DNA of 63,517 nt, the filler included, from Octopus bimaculoides (Eukaryota): assembly GCF_001194135.2 (NCBI RefSeq). It is 6 parts of 6 records of this genome, joined end to end, with 100 filler letters (N's around TTAATTAATTAA, not from the genome) between each part and the next. Parts side by side here need not be neighbours in the genome. Positions count along the whole stretch, not along the records: positions 59,131 to 62,389 come from NC_069007.1; positions 62,490 to 63,517 come from NC_069006.1; 4 more parts are not named here. One strand, 5' to 3'. The position numbers and the translations under genes were made by a program. Below, in pieces: positions 62,021 to 63,517 of the stretch. The notes under the pieces are model-generated. The model was given only the letters and a program-made list of their open reading frames with translations. It ran no database searches and was not told the DNA's origin. Within the stretch, counting starts at the first letter, position 1. Every line of letters begins with the position of its first letter.

Positions 62021-62682
62021 ATAGGATACACAAGGAGAAAGGACACAGGGAAAGAAAATGGGGAAAGGAATGCACGTGCATATAACTGCCACAGCATTCT
62101 GAAATATATGTGTGTGTGGGTGGGTGGGGTTAGCATAGCAGTGTGGTAAAAAATTTGCTTCCCAACACATGGTTCCAGGTTCAGTCCCACTGTGTGGTAC
62201 CTTGGATAGGTGACTTCTACTGAGATGCAGCACAGAATTTTGTCAGTGAACAGGTCGCGGTCTCAAAGCGACGTAAATATTTTGACAACTTAAATTTAAA
62301 TGTTGAAGTGAATCTAACGGTTTTTGTGTTATTTTAAATGGCTTATAAACACCTTCCACACTGAAATTGTTATATATATATATATATATNNNNNNNNNNN
62401 NNNNNNNNNNNNNNNNNNNNNNNNNNNNNNNNNTTAATTAATTAANNNNNNNNNNNNNNNNNNNNNNNNNNNNNNNNNNNNNNNNNNNNCCTTCATTACG
62501 TAGAGTGGTCAGACACTGGTAACTCGTACGATTGTGGGTCAGAGAAACGAAAAGGTGCGGCGATGGGGGAAGAGAGAAAGTGGGTGGTGGTGGTGGTGGT
62601 GGTGGTGGGGCGCTGATAGTGGATGAAAATGAGGGGTAAGGGTCAGACTCAACTTCCCGCCATCACTTTGTTAGCCTCCAAG

Positions 62683-62713
<31 letters not shown>

Positions 62714-63517
62714 GCACACACACACACACACACAGATACGCACACATACACACACGCGTGCACACATACGCGCGCGCGCGCACAGACATATAGACGCACA
62801 CACACAGACTCCTGTATACACATACTAACATAAACTCACTCGTATACACACGCACACACATACATAAATACACACAGACACACACATACACACACACGCA
62901 CACACACATACACACACACGCACGCACACACGCACACAAACAGACACACACACACCCGTATACACATACTAACACAAACTCACTCATTTACACACATACA
63001 CACGGCAGATTCCTTTAACAGCAGACGACAAGATGGCGCTCATTCCCAGCATCAAGACTCAAACAGACGTTCTTTTTGCAGCCATGCTGGAGCACTGCCT
63101 TGAAGAATTTAGGATCAAAGGAATCGATCCCAAAGTGACCGATAGAATAACTACCAGGCTTACAAAGAATAAATCCTCGGGTCGATTTGTTCGACTAAAG
63201 GCGGTGCTCCAGTATGGTCGCAGTCAAATTGACTGAAACAAGTATAAGAATAAAAGAATAAAAGAATTGGTCTGTATTGCAAGAAACATCCGGATTCCTT
63301 TCTCTACCATTGTACATCGTTCAACCTATAAAAGTAATGTGCGACGAACAAAATAGGAATTTTAGAAAGGAGTTTCTATAAAACTAGTTTTTAAACATCG
63401 AATAGCTATAGCGAGGGGTCCACTAGAATAAAGTAGAAAACAAAGGGGTCATAGATAAAAAGAAATGATTGAGAATCCCCGATTTAGACACAAGGCTAAT
63501 GTTTTTTTAACTTATAG

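Noticed and set aside
63395-63426. Helitron 3' end (…gcgaggggtccactag)
   Set aside because: CTAG is present but the hairpin is weak and no matching 5' end was found on this contig.

Overview
Repeat-saturated, gapped draft animal DNA. The SINE/RTE repertoire and microsatellite load look like an octopus or other coleoid cephalopod (inference from repeat style, not proven). It is several contigs joined by synthetic 100-bp spacers (44 N + TTAATTAATTAA + 44 N), so long-range adjacency is unreliable. The only well-supported host gene is four consecutive + strand exons (59705-61812) of a CLC-6/7-related chloride transporter, covering the last membrane helices and CBS1. The rest is mostly mobile DNA: RTE LINE fragments with a PHD-like finger inside the RT and (GAT)n tails, two Penelope-like elements, a decayed Ty3/Gypsy element with both ~221-bp LTRs, restriction-like-endonuclease LINE remnants, at least four SINE families, and mariner- and piggyBac-type MITEs. 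The most notable signal not explained by ORFs is five minimal type-I hammerhead-ribozyme-like motifs (10560-10618, 20636-20671, 20782-20826, 40681-40759, 61984-62020). One lies downstream of a Penelope endonuclease and three lie in or beside a short non-coding repeat family. Also seen: a near-perfect 121-bp-arm palindrome, other inverted repeats, a tandem hairpin array and a CpG-rich segment with an RFX X-box. All calls are by eye; no searches were run.
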